From: Acidobacteriota bacterium
GTDB lineage: Bacteria; Acidobacteriota; Blastocatellia; Pyrinomonadales; Pyrinomonadaceae
Length of the DNA: 43,787 bases
Direction: 5' to 3'
Assembly: GCA_013813755.1 (NCBI GenBank)
Contig: JACCRD010000002.1
Span: forward strand, 1-43,787
Position numbers and translations under genes: made by a program. The notes under the pieces were generated by a model, which was not told the DNA's origin, did not search any database, and was given only the letters and a program-made list of their open reading frames with translations. Shown in pieces: positions 15,286 through 26,698 of the stretch. Within the stretch, counting starts at the first letter, position 1. Each line of letters opens with the position of its first letter.

Positions 15286-15759
15286 ATGAGCGAGAGGAAA
15301 ATTTCCGACAAATCACGAACGCGCTGCCGTGAAATTATGACCAGTAAAATTTCGGCGGCAAACGGCGAGATGACTTTGCAGACAGTCGCTAAAATGCTGC
15401 GAGACGGCGACATCGGCATTTTGCCGGTCATCGAAAAGGAAACCAATAAATTGCTCGGATTGGTGACCGACCGCGACATCGTCGTTCGCGCCGTCGCGGA
15501 AGGCAGAAATATCGAAACGCCTGTTTCGGAAATAATGACGACGACGCTCTACACGGCAAAACCGGATGATTTCGCTTTTCAGGCAATTCGCACGATGGGC
15601 GATAAGCAAGTGCGCCGCGTGCCGATTGTCGATGACGAAGGCGTTTTGCAGGGCATTGTTTCAATGGCGGACGTGGCTTTAGAAATGGAAGACGAGCGCG
15701 AAATTGCCGAAACACTCGAAGAAATTTCAAGCGGCGCGGGATTCTGGAAAAAAAATTGA
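15286..15759 (+). CDS. CBS-domain pair protein
   Basis: GGAG lies 8 nt upstream of the ATG. The product has two CBS repeats (IGILPVIEKETNKLLGLVTDRDIV; VRRVPIVDDEGVLQGIVSMADV). Confidence 0.85.
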   Translation: MSERKISDKSRTRCREIMTSKISAANGEMTLQTVAKMLRDGDIGILPVIEKETNKLLGLVTDRDIVVRAVAEGRNIETPVSEIMTTTLYTAKPDDFAFQAIRTMGDKQVRRVPIVDDEGVLQGIVSMADVALEMEDEREIAETLEEISSGAGFWKKN

Positions 15760-15833
15760 AGCAAATTTTAACGCGGGAAACAGGAAATTTTTAGCAGACA
15801 GTAATTTTCGCATTGAAAATCAAAAATCGGATT

Positions 15834-16193
15834 ATGGCAAAATCAATAAATCGTTACTTTCATTTTTTGGCTTCATCGAAGGATACAAAACCTTCGGGCA
15901 GATTGTGGTATCCGTCAGCGGACGTTTACCAAACACCAGAAGGCTGGGTTGTCAAAATCGAACTGGCGGGCGTTTCGGCGGAAGAAATCGAAATTGATAT
16001 TCAGGGTAATCAGCTTTATATTGCGGGCTGCCGGCGCGATAAAACGTGCGCCGTCGGAATGTCGTTTCAGCAGATGGAAATTACTTATAGCCGCTTTGAA
16101 AAAACCCTGGAATTTCCCGCTTCGATTGAAGGCGCGAAACTAGAACATAATTTTACGGACGGACTTTTACTTATTCATTTAAAGAAAAGATAG
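15834..16193 (+). CDS. Hsp20/alpha-crystallin family small heat-shock protein
   Basis: The alpha-crystallin domain reads ADVYQTPEGWVVKIELAGVSAEEIEIDIQGNQLYIAG...TDGLLLIHLKK. ATG 15834 is preferred over TTG 15813. Confidence 0.8.
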   Translation: MAKSINRYFHFLASSKDTKPSGRLWYPSADVYQTPEGWVVKIELAGVSAEEIEIDIQGNQLYIAGCRRDKTCAVGMSFQQMEITYSRFEKTLEFPASIEGAKLEHNFTDGLLLIHLKKR

Positions 16194-16288
16194 ATGGCGG
16201 CAAGACAAAAGTGAAAGTTACTCAGAATCCTGCTTTTATTTATTCTTAACTTACCAAAAAACTTTATTTTTGACGGCAAGAAGTTTAT

Positions 16289-18757
16289 ATGGCTGAAAAT
16301 ACAGAAAACATTATTGAACAAATCGCAACAAACGACGCAGCTTTACCAAGGCAATTTGAAATTGCCGTGCTGCCTCTGCAAAACACGACTCTGTTTCCGG
16401 AAACGGTTGTTCCGTTGGCGGTCGGACGCGAACGTTCAATAAAAGCGGTGGAATTCGCGCTTTCAACCGAAGAAAAATTGATTGCCTGCGTCACTACCAA
16501 AACGGCGGACACCACCGGCAACGACGCGAAACCTCTGGATTTGTTTGAAATCGGAACAATTGTCAGCATCAAGCGAATGACCAGAACTGACGGCGCGATG
16601 CAGCTGATCGCGCAGGGCATTGAGCGTTTTCGTATTCTTAACTGGATTCACGAACGACCGTTTCTAAAGGCGAAAGTTGAAATTCTGCCGGGTTTGACCA
16701 TCTCCGACATGGAAGAAGTCGAAGCCCTGAAACGCAATATTCAAGGGTTGGTGCAGGAAGCTCTGGCAATGCTGCCGAATATTCCGCCCGAAATTCGGAT
16801 GGCGGTGATGACGCAGACCAACTCTGTCCAACTCGCTTATTTTTTGGCTTCAGTGCTTGATCTTGGCGTTGAAACCGAGCAGAAAATGCTTGAAGCGAAA
16901 ACCGAAGACGAACTTTTAACGCTGACGCACGCGGCGCTGGCGCGTGAAGTTGAAATTATGCAGATTCGCTCGAAAATCGCGACCGAGGCGCAGGGCGAAA
17001 TGGATAAATCACAGCGCGACTATATTTTGCGCCAGCAAATGAAGGCAATTCAAAAAGAACTCGGCGAAGACGAAACCGGCGAAAAAGCGGAAGCCGCGCA
17101 GTTGCGCGAACGTCTGGAAACGGCGGATTTGCCTGGAGAAGTGCGCACTGAAGCCGAGCGCGAACTCAAGCGAATGGAACAATTGCCGCAAGCCGCGCCC
17201 GATTATCACGTGATTCGAACGTATCTCGAATATGTTCTGGAACTTCCCTGGAAAAAATCGAGCGAAGAGAAATTGGACTTAAACGAAGCTCGTAAAATCC
17301 TGGACGAAGACCATTACGGACTTGAAGATATTAAAGAACGAATTCTCGAATCGCTCGCCGTCGTCAAACTCCGACCCGATTCAAAAAGTCCGATTCTCTG
17401 CTTTGTCGGACCGCCCGGAGTCGGCAAAACTTCTCTCGGGCGTTCGATTGCCCGCGCTTTGGGGCGCGAGTTTGAACGGATGAGCCTCGGCGGAATGCGC
17501 GACGAAGCGGAACTGCGCGGACATCGCCGGACTTACGTCGGCGCGATGCCCGGCAGAATTATACAGGGTTTGCGGCGCGTCGGTGTCAACAATCCGGTTT
17601 TAATGCTCGATGAAATTGACAAGCTCGGCAACGATTATCGGGGCGATCCGGCGGCGGCTTTGCTCGAAGTTCTCGACCCGCAGCAAAACAATAGTTTCCG
17701 CGATCATTATCTGGATTTGCCGTTTGATTTGTCGAAAGTTTTCTTTATCGCGACGGCAAATCAGCTTGGACCGATTCCGGCGCCGCTTCGCGACCGGATG
17801 GAAATAATTCAGCTTTCGGGCTATTCCGATGCAGAAAAACTAAACATTTCAAAGCAATATCTGATTGAACGGCAAATCAAAGAAAACGGTTTGCAGCCCG
17901 AGCAGATTGAAATTACAGACGACGCGATCAATCTTTTAACATCGCGCTACACACGCGAAGCGGGCGTTCGCCAGCTGGAACGAACAATCGGCAATTTAAC
18001 CAGAAAAATCGCGCTCAAAGTTGCGCAAGGGGATACGGAAAAAGTATTGATTACCGCCGCCGACGTCAAAGGATATTTGGGCGCACCGCGGTTTTATCCG
18101 GAAAAAGCGCGTGACGAAAACCCGGTCGGCGTGGCGACGGGAATGGCTTGGACGGAAATGGGCGGCGAAGTCCTTTTTATCGAAGCGACGATGCTGCCCG
18201 GCGGTTCGGGTTTGACTTTAACCGGACAACTTGGCGACGTGATGAAAGAATCTGTGCAGGCAGCGCGTTCATATCTATGGTCGCACGCCGCCGAACTTGG
18301 AATTGACCCGAACAAAATTAAGGAAAACGGCGTCCACGTCCACGTTCCGGCAGGCGCTATTCCAAAAGACGGTCCGAGCGCGGGCGTGACGATGGCTTCG
18401 GCTCTCGCATCGCTCTACACCGGTCGCAAAGTGCGTTCCGATACATCGATGACCGGTGAAATCACGCTTTCGGGGCTGGTTTTCCCCGTTGGCGGCATTA
18501 AGGAAAAAGTCCTCGCGGCACATCGCGCCGGAATTCGCCGGATTGTTCTGCCGCTCAAGAACGAAGCGGATATCGAAGAAATCCCGGAAGATGTACGCGG
18601 CGAGCTGGAGATTAAAACGGTCAATCGCATTGGCGACGTGTTAAAAATGACTCTGGAAACGGAAGTTACACAGCCACTGATACTGCCTACTCTCGACAGC
18701 TCACGCCAAGGAATTGACAACAGTAACGAAGAACCACTGATTGCCAGGGAAAAATAA
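16289..18757 (+). CDS. lon: ATP-dependent protease Lon (La)
   Basis: 822 aa with a Lon N-domain, Walker A GPPGVGKTS, Walker B LMLDEIDK, and the catalytic Ser region PKDGPSAGVTM with the downstream Lys motif GGIKEKV. Confidence 0.95.
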   Translation: MAENTENIIEQIATNDAALPRQFEIAVLPLQNTTLFPETVVPLAVGRERSIKAVEFALSTEEKLIACVTTKTADTTGNDAKPLDLFEIGTIVSIKRMTRTDGAMQLIAQGIERFRILNWIHERPFLKAKVEILPGLTISDMEEVEALKRNIQGLVQEALAMLPNIPPEIRMAVMTQTNSVQLAYFLASVLDLGVETEQKMLEAKTEDELLTLTHAALAREVEIMQIRSKIATEAQGEMDKSQRDYILRQQMKAIQKELGEDETGEKAEAAQLRERLETADLPGEVRTEAERELKRMEQLPQAAPDYHVIRTYLEYVLELPWKKSSEEKLDLNEARKILDEDHYGLEDIKERILESLAVVKLRPDSKSPILCFVGPPGVGKTSLGRSIARALGREFERMSLGGMRDEAELRGHRRTYVGAMPGRIIQGLRRVGVNNPVLMLDEIDKLGNDYRGDPAAALLEVLDPQQNNSFRDHYLDLPFDLSKVFFIATANQLGPIPAPLRDRMEIIQLSGYSDAEKLNISKQYLIERQIKENGLQPEQIEITDDAINLLTSRYTREAGVRQLERTIGNLTRKIALKVAQGDTEKVLITAADVKGYLGAPRFYPEKARDENPVGVATGMAWTEMGGEVLFIEATMLPGGSGLTLTGQLGDVMKESVQAARSYLWSHAAELGIDPNKIKENGVHVHVPAGAIPKDGPSAGVTMASALASLYTGRKVRSDTSMTGEITLSGLVFPVGGIKEKVLAAHRAGIRRIVLPLKNEADIEEIPEDVRGELEIKTVNRIGDVLKMTLETEVTQPLILPTLDSSRQGIDNSNEEPLIAREK

Positions 18758-18780
18758 AGAGTCTAAAAACCTGAATCTGA

Positions 18781-18812
18781 AAAAGCGAGGAGTTTACCCC
18801 TCGCTTTTTGTT
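18781..18812 (+). terminator. Rho-independent terminator of lon
   Basis: aaaagcgagg - agtttacc - cctcgctttt forms the stem and loop, followed by TGTTTGTTT. Confidence 0.8.
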
Positions 18813-19337
18813 TGTTTAAAGTTAAAAACAAAAACTGAATTTCGCTTTCGCGATAAATAAATGATTTTATATTGTAATTTTTTACTTTGAAATAAAAATA
18901 ATATTTACTCATCTACGTAGTAATTGATTCCCGTTTTTACAGTACTTTCTTCCTTTTTCACAGGAGTTTTTTCCCTTATTTACTACAAAAAGGCAGGAAC
19001 AATTTCCTGAAAAGCGTAAAATTGTTATTGACTTTCCTTGCTATTTATGATCAATTAGCCATCGGATAAGTTTCAAACTTTCAACAATTAGTGTTCATAA
19101 AAAAGTTTTCAAGTCGAATTTTAGTTACTAATGATTTGGTTTTATAGTTTTTTAAAATCTATCTGCAATTAGATTTCTAAGTATGTTTAAGAATTTGAGA
19201 ATAATGATTCATTACTACCCCTCTCCCCAGGTGGAAGTGATAGCAATACACCCTTTCAAACTTATTATTTGAACAAACCTTGTTTAAATAAATAAATTAG
19301 GTTCATAAAATTGAGTAGTTATAACAAAGGAGACGAA

Positions 19338-20825
19338 ATGAAGAACAAAGAAAATAGAATATTTACGTTGTTAAGTATAGCGGCAATGATGTTTTTGTCG
19401 TTGGCAACAACACAAGTACAAGCTCAAACATTCAGCGGACGAGCGGTCGGCACCCAGTCGACCACGACCTCTCAGGTGGGCGCAACAACACCAGTAGAAA
19501 TAGCTGTAGCTGCTAATGCTGCTGCTCGCCTTGCTGATACGGGTGAACTTCCTCCACAAGGCGGCAGTCGTACAGCTAGTGTGGTTAATGCCAGTGTCGC
19601 TTTAGGTACAGCGCCGGTAACGGGAACTCTCAACACTGGTCTCATCACGGCGAGTACTTCGGGTAGTAACGGCACGAGCCAGTCACAAGCAAGGGTCGAG
19701 GGTCTGAATTTGCTTGTAGGTGGTACTTTAGGCACTTTCAGAATTACCGCCAATGCTATAACAACGAACACCAATTGTGTGTGTGGTGGACCGGCTGGAG
19801 CGACTGCGACCTGTACGGGCAATACCGATATAGCAAACCTTGTCGTCCAGAGCTCAACCGGAACAGTTCTCGCAAGCTTTGACGCGCGAGTTACTGCGCC
19901 TAATACAACGGTGTTTACGACTACTGCTTCAACGGATGTCGGGTCCGGGAGCACTCAGGTACAAACCACAACGACAATTACCATTATTGCTAACGAACAG
20001 ACGAGAACCCCTGATGATGGTATTCCTGCTACCGATGACATTACGGTCAACGGACTGCGCGTCATCGTAACTGAAACTGTGACTGTTGGAACTGGTGGTA
20101 ATGCTGTCACTACCACTACAACCAGTGATACTATTATCGCCCAGGCTAAATCCGACATTAACTGTACGGCAACGCCATTGACGGATTTACAAATTACAAA
20201 AACTTGTGTCAATAATGCCAACGTCATTACTTGTACGATTACCGTAACAAACATTAGCGGCAATGCCGCCACAAACGTTATTGTGACGGATAATTTGTCC
20301 AACGACACAACTTTTGCCTCGGCATCGACAAGTGGATTTACTACGCTTACAACACCGATAGTCGGCGCACGGGGAGGCACGGTAACCGGCACGGTAGCAA
20401 CGCTCGCAAGCGGAGCATCAGCAACCATTACAATTGTGTCAAATGTCGCTCCCGGCACGCCGGCTGGCACTCAAATCGCGAACACTGCCACAGTGGCGAC
20501 TGCAACCACTGACGCGGTCGTTGCAAACAATACAGCATCGGCAACGGTCACAGTTCTTGCACCAACAGCAGCGTCAGCTACTATTAGCGGACGAGTCTTA
20601 ACTTCAAAAGGACGTGGCTTACCCGGAGCGACGGTTGTTTTAACGAATCAGAACGGTGAAGTTAAATATGCGGTTACTAATTCGCGCGGTTATTATCGAT
20701 TCGCTGATATAGAGGTTGGCGAAGACTATTTCCTGAGCGTGAAAAGTAAACGTTATGTTTTTGCTACACAATCAATCTCTTTCATAGAGGAATTAACTGA
20801 TATTGATTTTATGCCAACGCAGTAA
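19338..20825 (+). CDS. Secreted surface protein: Thr/Ala/Gly-rich N-region + DUF11 (TIGR01451) repeat + C-terminal carboxypeptidase-regulatory-like domain
   Basis: AAGGAGA (19327-19333) precedes ATG 19338, giving the signal peptide IFTLLSIAAMMFLSLATTQVQA. The DUF11-like segment reads LQITKTC...TITVTNISGNAATNVIVTDNL...TATVAT...NNTASATVTV. The CarboxypepD_reg-like segment reads ISGRVLTSKGRGLPGATVVLTNQNGE...TNSRGYYRFADIEVG. Confidence 0.8.
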   Translation: MKNKENRIFTLLSIAAMMFLSLATTQVQAQTFSGRAVGTQSTTTSQVGATTPVEIAVAANAAARLADTGELPPQGGSRTASVVNASVALGTAPVTGTLNTGLITASTSGSNGTSQSQARVEGLNLLVGGTLGTFRITANAITTNTNCVCGGPAGATATCTGNTDIANLVVQSSTGTVLASFDARVTAPNTTVFTTTASTDVGSGSTQVQTTTTITIIANEQTRTPDDGIPATDDITVNGLRVIVTETVTVGTGGNAVTTTTTSDTIIAQAKSDINCTATPLTDLQITKTCVNNANVITCTITVTNISGNAATNVIVTDNLSNDTTFASASTSGFTTLTTPIVGARGGTVTGTVATLASGASATITIVSNVAPGTPAGTQIANTATVATATTDAVVANNTASATVTVLAPTAASATISGRVLTSKGRGLPGATVVLTNQNGEVKYAVTNSRGYYRFADIEVGEDYFLSVKSKRYVFATQSISFIEELTDIDFMPTQ

Positions 20826-20843
20826 AGTCATCACCATTAAGTG

Positions 20844-20882
20844 AAAAAAAACGGATGGGATTTTTCTCGTCCGTTTTTTTGT
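20844..20882. terminator. Bidirectional Rho-independent terminator between the convergent DUF11 gene and valS
   Basis: AAAAAAA-acggatg-ggatttttct-cgtccgt-TTTTTTT gives a 7-bp stem including one G-U pair, with A/T tracts on both sides. Confidence 0.75.
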
Positions 20883-20976
20883 GCAATGAAAGTTAAATTA
20901 ATCGAAACTTTTTGTTGCCGCTCAAACATTAGCTCTTTAGTTAGTATTTGGTCGTCTTTGTAATATTCTCTGAATT

Positions 20977-23793
<2,817 letters not shown>

Positions 23794-23808
23794 AATTTCA
23801 AGGTTCAA

Positions 23809-23874
23809 AGTTCAAAATTCAAAGTTCAAGGTATATAATTTTCAACTTTAACCTTAAACTTTGAATTTTGAACT
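23809..23874 (-). other. 24-bp hairpin built from GTTCAAA-like repeats, between the response-regulator stop and the valS start
   Basis: The arms at 23809-23832 and 23851-23874 are complementary at 23 of 24 positions. The single mismatch becomes a G-U pair on the minus (transcribed) strand. The loop is 18 nt, no U-tract follows, and the valS ATG lies 15 nt downstream of the stem. Confidence 0.85.
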
Positions 23875-23900
23875 CTTCAAACACTAATATTCACGGCTGA

Positions 23901-25031
23901 TTATTGTTTTAGACGTTGTTCCAGCACTTGTCTGATAATTGAATCAGCTTTTTGCTCAACGACCTGAAAGGCTACTTCCCTGACAATTTTTTCAAAAAGT
24001 TTTTCAATTATCTTCTCCGCAATCGCGTCAATCATTTCCGGCGGAAAATTCGCTGTTTGGAACACCGGAGTTTCAATAATATTTGTGTCGTCCAAACTGT
24101 TAAAAGAATATGTTTCAAATAAAGAAGCAAATTCATCAGAAACGTTTTTCGGCGACGCGGATTCGCCTTCGTCTGTCTGAATTTGCTCAGGGGAAAATCG
24201 TTCTGAAGTTTGTATGCCTTCGCTACCTGCCTGAATTTCTTTTGTCAACTCGCTTTCACGCGCCGTTTCGACGCTTACCGAATGCTGTTCGTTGATTGAC
24301 TCATCAACCGGCGTGTTTATCTGCTCCGGCTTCGTATCTTCAGTATCCGCAGTAACTTCGTAAACTTCACCCGCGCTTAGAGCTCGTGTTTTCTCCGTCC
24401 CCAGTTCGCCGACTGCCGCGTATTCGTCTGTATTTTTAAAATGAGTTTCGCGCGGGTTTTCAGATGCGCCCGGCACAAAGTCTTCGGACGGTTCGATGAC
24501 AAGTTTCGTTTCAAACTTTCGCGATTCATCCGCCGGCAGACTGCCGATTTGGTCGGTTCGGATGTTTTCATCATTCATTCGCGCAGCCTCTGGACGGTCG
24601 CCATTTTCCACATCCAAATTTGTCTCTGTCGTGGCTGAGGAAAAATTTTCGCCGCCATTCAATGGCAGAAGAGCCGAAACTTTTCTAACCAACTGACCGA
24701 TTGATTGAAAGGGTTTTGTTAAAAAATCATCGGCTCCGGCGCGGCTTGCGCGATTTTCGTCGAATGGCTCGAATGAACCGACGAGCAAAATAACCGGAAT
24801 TGTCGGCGAATCGGCGCGCTGTTTGATCTGCTCGCAAATTTCGAACCCGTTCAAACCGGGCAGATTAACATCAACCAACACCAAATCAGGAGCGAATTCG
24901 GCAACCATTCGCAGCGCGGTCGCGCCGTCGTTCGCCGTCAGAACTTCAATTCCCTGATCGGCGAATGTTAGATTGACGACCTTTTGAATCGTTTTTGAAT
25001 CATCTGCCAAAAGCAATTTTCGTTTCGACAC
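23901..25031 (-). CDS. Response regulator: REC domain + long acidic low-complexity region + short conserved-looking C-terminal helix; no DNA-binding or AAA+ output domain recognised
   Basis: The start is GTG 25031, with AAGGAG 12 nt upstream. REC motifs are LLLADDS, LVLVDVNLPG and FLTKPF. The C-terminus reads PPEMIDAIAEKIIEKLFEKIVREVAFQVVEQKADSIIRQVLEQ. Confidence 0.8.
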   Translation of the reverse strand: MSKRKLLLADDSKTIQKVVNLTFADQGIEVLTANDGATALRMVAEFAPDLVLVDVNLPGLNGFEICEQIKQRADSPTIPVILLVGSFEPFDENRASRAGADDFLTKPFQSIGQLVRKVSALLPLNGGENFSSATTETNLDVENGDRPEAARMNDENIRTDQIGSLPADESRKFETKLVIEPSEDFVPGASENPRETHFKNTDEYAAVGELGTEKTRALSAGEVYEVTADTEDTKPEQINTPVDESINEQHSVSVETARESELTKEIQAGSEGIQTSERFSPEQIQTDEGESASPKNVSDEFASLFETYSFNSLDDTNIIETPVFQTANFPPEMIDAIAEKIIEKLFEKIVREVAFQVVEQKADSIIRQVLEQRLKQ

Positions 25032-25246
25032 AAATTAAAGTACTCCTTTTCAGACTGCTAAAAATTCCGCGACAAATCGCGTGTTCTGAAAACTATCACT
25101 CGCCGCAGATTACGTCAAGAAAAGCGGATATTTATTTCAACAAGTCTTAAAACACATTTAAACCACAGATGTTGTAAGAAATTGTCTTAAAATTATTTTG
25201 TCCATTAACTTATATCCAGGCTTTTCTGCGTCAATTCGCCGGAGCT

Positions 25247-26254
25247 TTACGAATCCACCGCCAATTTTGCCGCGAGTTCGATAGCCACTTTCATACTTGA
25301 TGCATCTGCCGCGTTTTTCCCCGCGATATCAAATGCCGTGCCGTGATCAACCGAAGTTCTGATCAGCGGCAGACCAAGCGTAACGTTAACCGAAGCGCCA
25401 AACGAAAGGCATTTGACGGCAATCGTCGCCTGATCGTGATAACACGAAACAACAGCGTCGAATTCACCGCGAAAAGCTCTTAAAAAAATAGTATCCGGCG
25501 AATATGCGCCAGACACGTCGATGCCAAATTGTTCCCGACAAACGTTGATCGCCGGCGTTATTTCATCTTTTTCTTCAGCGCCAAACAATCCGCCTTCGGA
25601 AGCGTGCGGATTGAGACCGGCAACGGCGATTCGAGCGTCTTTTACCAAAAGCCGGGAAACTTCCCGGTGCGAGAATTTGATCAGATCGATTAACTTCTCC
25701 TTTTTGACAAGCTCAATCGCGTTGCGCAGAGAAACGTGCGTCGAAAGCAAAACGACGCGCAGGTTACCTGCAAAAAAGCTCATTGCGAATTCTTTGGTGC
25801 CGGTCAGATGCGCCAAAAATTCCGTATGTCCGGGATAATCATAGCCGCCGAGCGCAATCGCCTTTTTACTGATCGGCGCGGTGGCAATTGCGTCAATTTT
25901 GTTTTCTTTCCACAGACGGACGGCGGTTTCAATATATTCGGCGGCGGCTTTTCCCGTCGCGGCGGCATCTTCACCGATAATAAATTTCTCGTTGAGATTA
26001 TTTAAATTGTAGACGAGAGTTTGATCTGAACTTTTGGCAGATTCTTTATTTTCCCCAATAAAATCAAATTCAAGGTTCAAATCAATCGCTGTTTGTTTTA
26101 AAAAAGCGGAATCACCGATAATACTTGGCGAACAGATTTTTTTTAAACTTTCATCACTCAGGGCTTTGAGAACGATTTCCGCGCCGATGCCGGCGGCATC
26201 GCCCATCGTTATACCGATTCGCGGCAGAACGCGGTCTGTCTTTTTTGATCGCAT
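25247..26254 (-). CDS. pdxA: 4-hydroxythreonine-4-phosphate dehydrogenase PdxA
   Basis: Motifs include IGITMGDAAGIGAEI, GYDYPGHTEFLA, AVAGLNPHASEGG, HDQA and SVDHGTAFDIAG. The start is ATG 26254 or 26281. Confidence 0.85.
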   Translation of the reverse strand: MRSKKTDRVLPRIGITMGDAAGIGAEIVLKALSDESLKKICSPSIIGDSAFLKQTAIDLNLEFDFIGENKESAKSSDQTLVYNLNNLNEKFIIGEDAAATGKAAAEYIETAVRLWKENKIDAIATAPISKKAIALGGYDYPGHTEFLAHLTGTKEFAMSFFAGNLRVVLLSTHVSLRNAIELVKKEKLIDLIKFSHREVSRLLVKDARIAVAGLNPHASEGGLFGAEEKDEITPAINVCREQFGIDVSGAYSPDTIFLRAFRGEFDAVVSCYHDQATIAVKCLSFGASVNVTLGLPLIRTSVDHGTAFDIAGKNAADASSMKVAIELAAKLAVDS

Positions 26255-26417
26255 AATTTGTTCATTTTGTTCAAAATCCATAAAAGTTATTTTATAACGA
26301 ACTGATTTGAATAAAAAAGCCAAATTACAAAGTCAAAATTACCTTTTCAACCAGTTTAGTAAAAGTTTTCGGGCGGAAAAAACTATTAACGAATTTCAAA
26401 TTGGCGTGACTTTTTGT

Positions 26418-26481
26418 GCAGAAGTCTGCACGAAGTAAGGGCGTATTGTGGCTTGCTCCCTTACTTCATGCGGGCTTCTGC
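26418..26481. other. 24-bp imperfect hairpin (16-nt loop) in the 375-bp ftsZ-pdxA spacer; candidate structured RNA or palindromic element
   Basis: The arms are gcagaagtctgcacgaagtaaggg and cccttacttcatgcgggcttctgc, with 21 Watson-Crick pairs. As plus-strand RNA it has 2 G-U pairs and 1 mismatch; as minus-strand RNA it has 1 G-U pair and 2 mismatches. No U-tract is present on either side. Confidence 0.8.
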
Positions 26482-26698
26482 GTTAGTTGTATAATTCTGA
26501 GAAACGCTTTAAGGTCAGTGATTTTTCCCGGTCACCAAATATTCCTCTTTGATGATTTCTGGCTAAAAGTGAGTTTCGTTAAATTTAAAAAGCAGTAACA
26601 TTCTAATTTAATCGAGTGCGTATTAACTTTCAAAACATAATAAATTACAAGGATAATGATATTTCCCGATTTTTAACTATTGACTTTTACTTTCCTGA

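Noticed and set aside
15760-16288. CIRCE/HrcA operator or obvious sigma-32 promoter upstream of hsp20 and lon
   Set aside because: I found no TTAGCACTC-N9-GAGTGCTAA and no CTTGAAA...CCCCAT-like match by eye.
23794-23900. T-box riboswitch upstream of valS
   Set aside because: Only about 100 nt are available. I saw no specifier-loop/T-box (AANNNGGGTGGTACCGCG-like) sequence. The structure is a single simple hairpin.
26416-26598. 60-aa ORF in the ftsZ-pdxA spacer
   Set aside because: Its first third is simply the translation of the 24-bp palindrome arms. It has no RBS, and the start codon lies in the stem.
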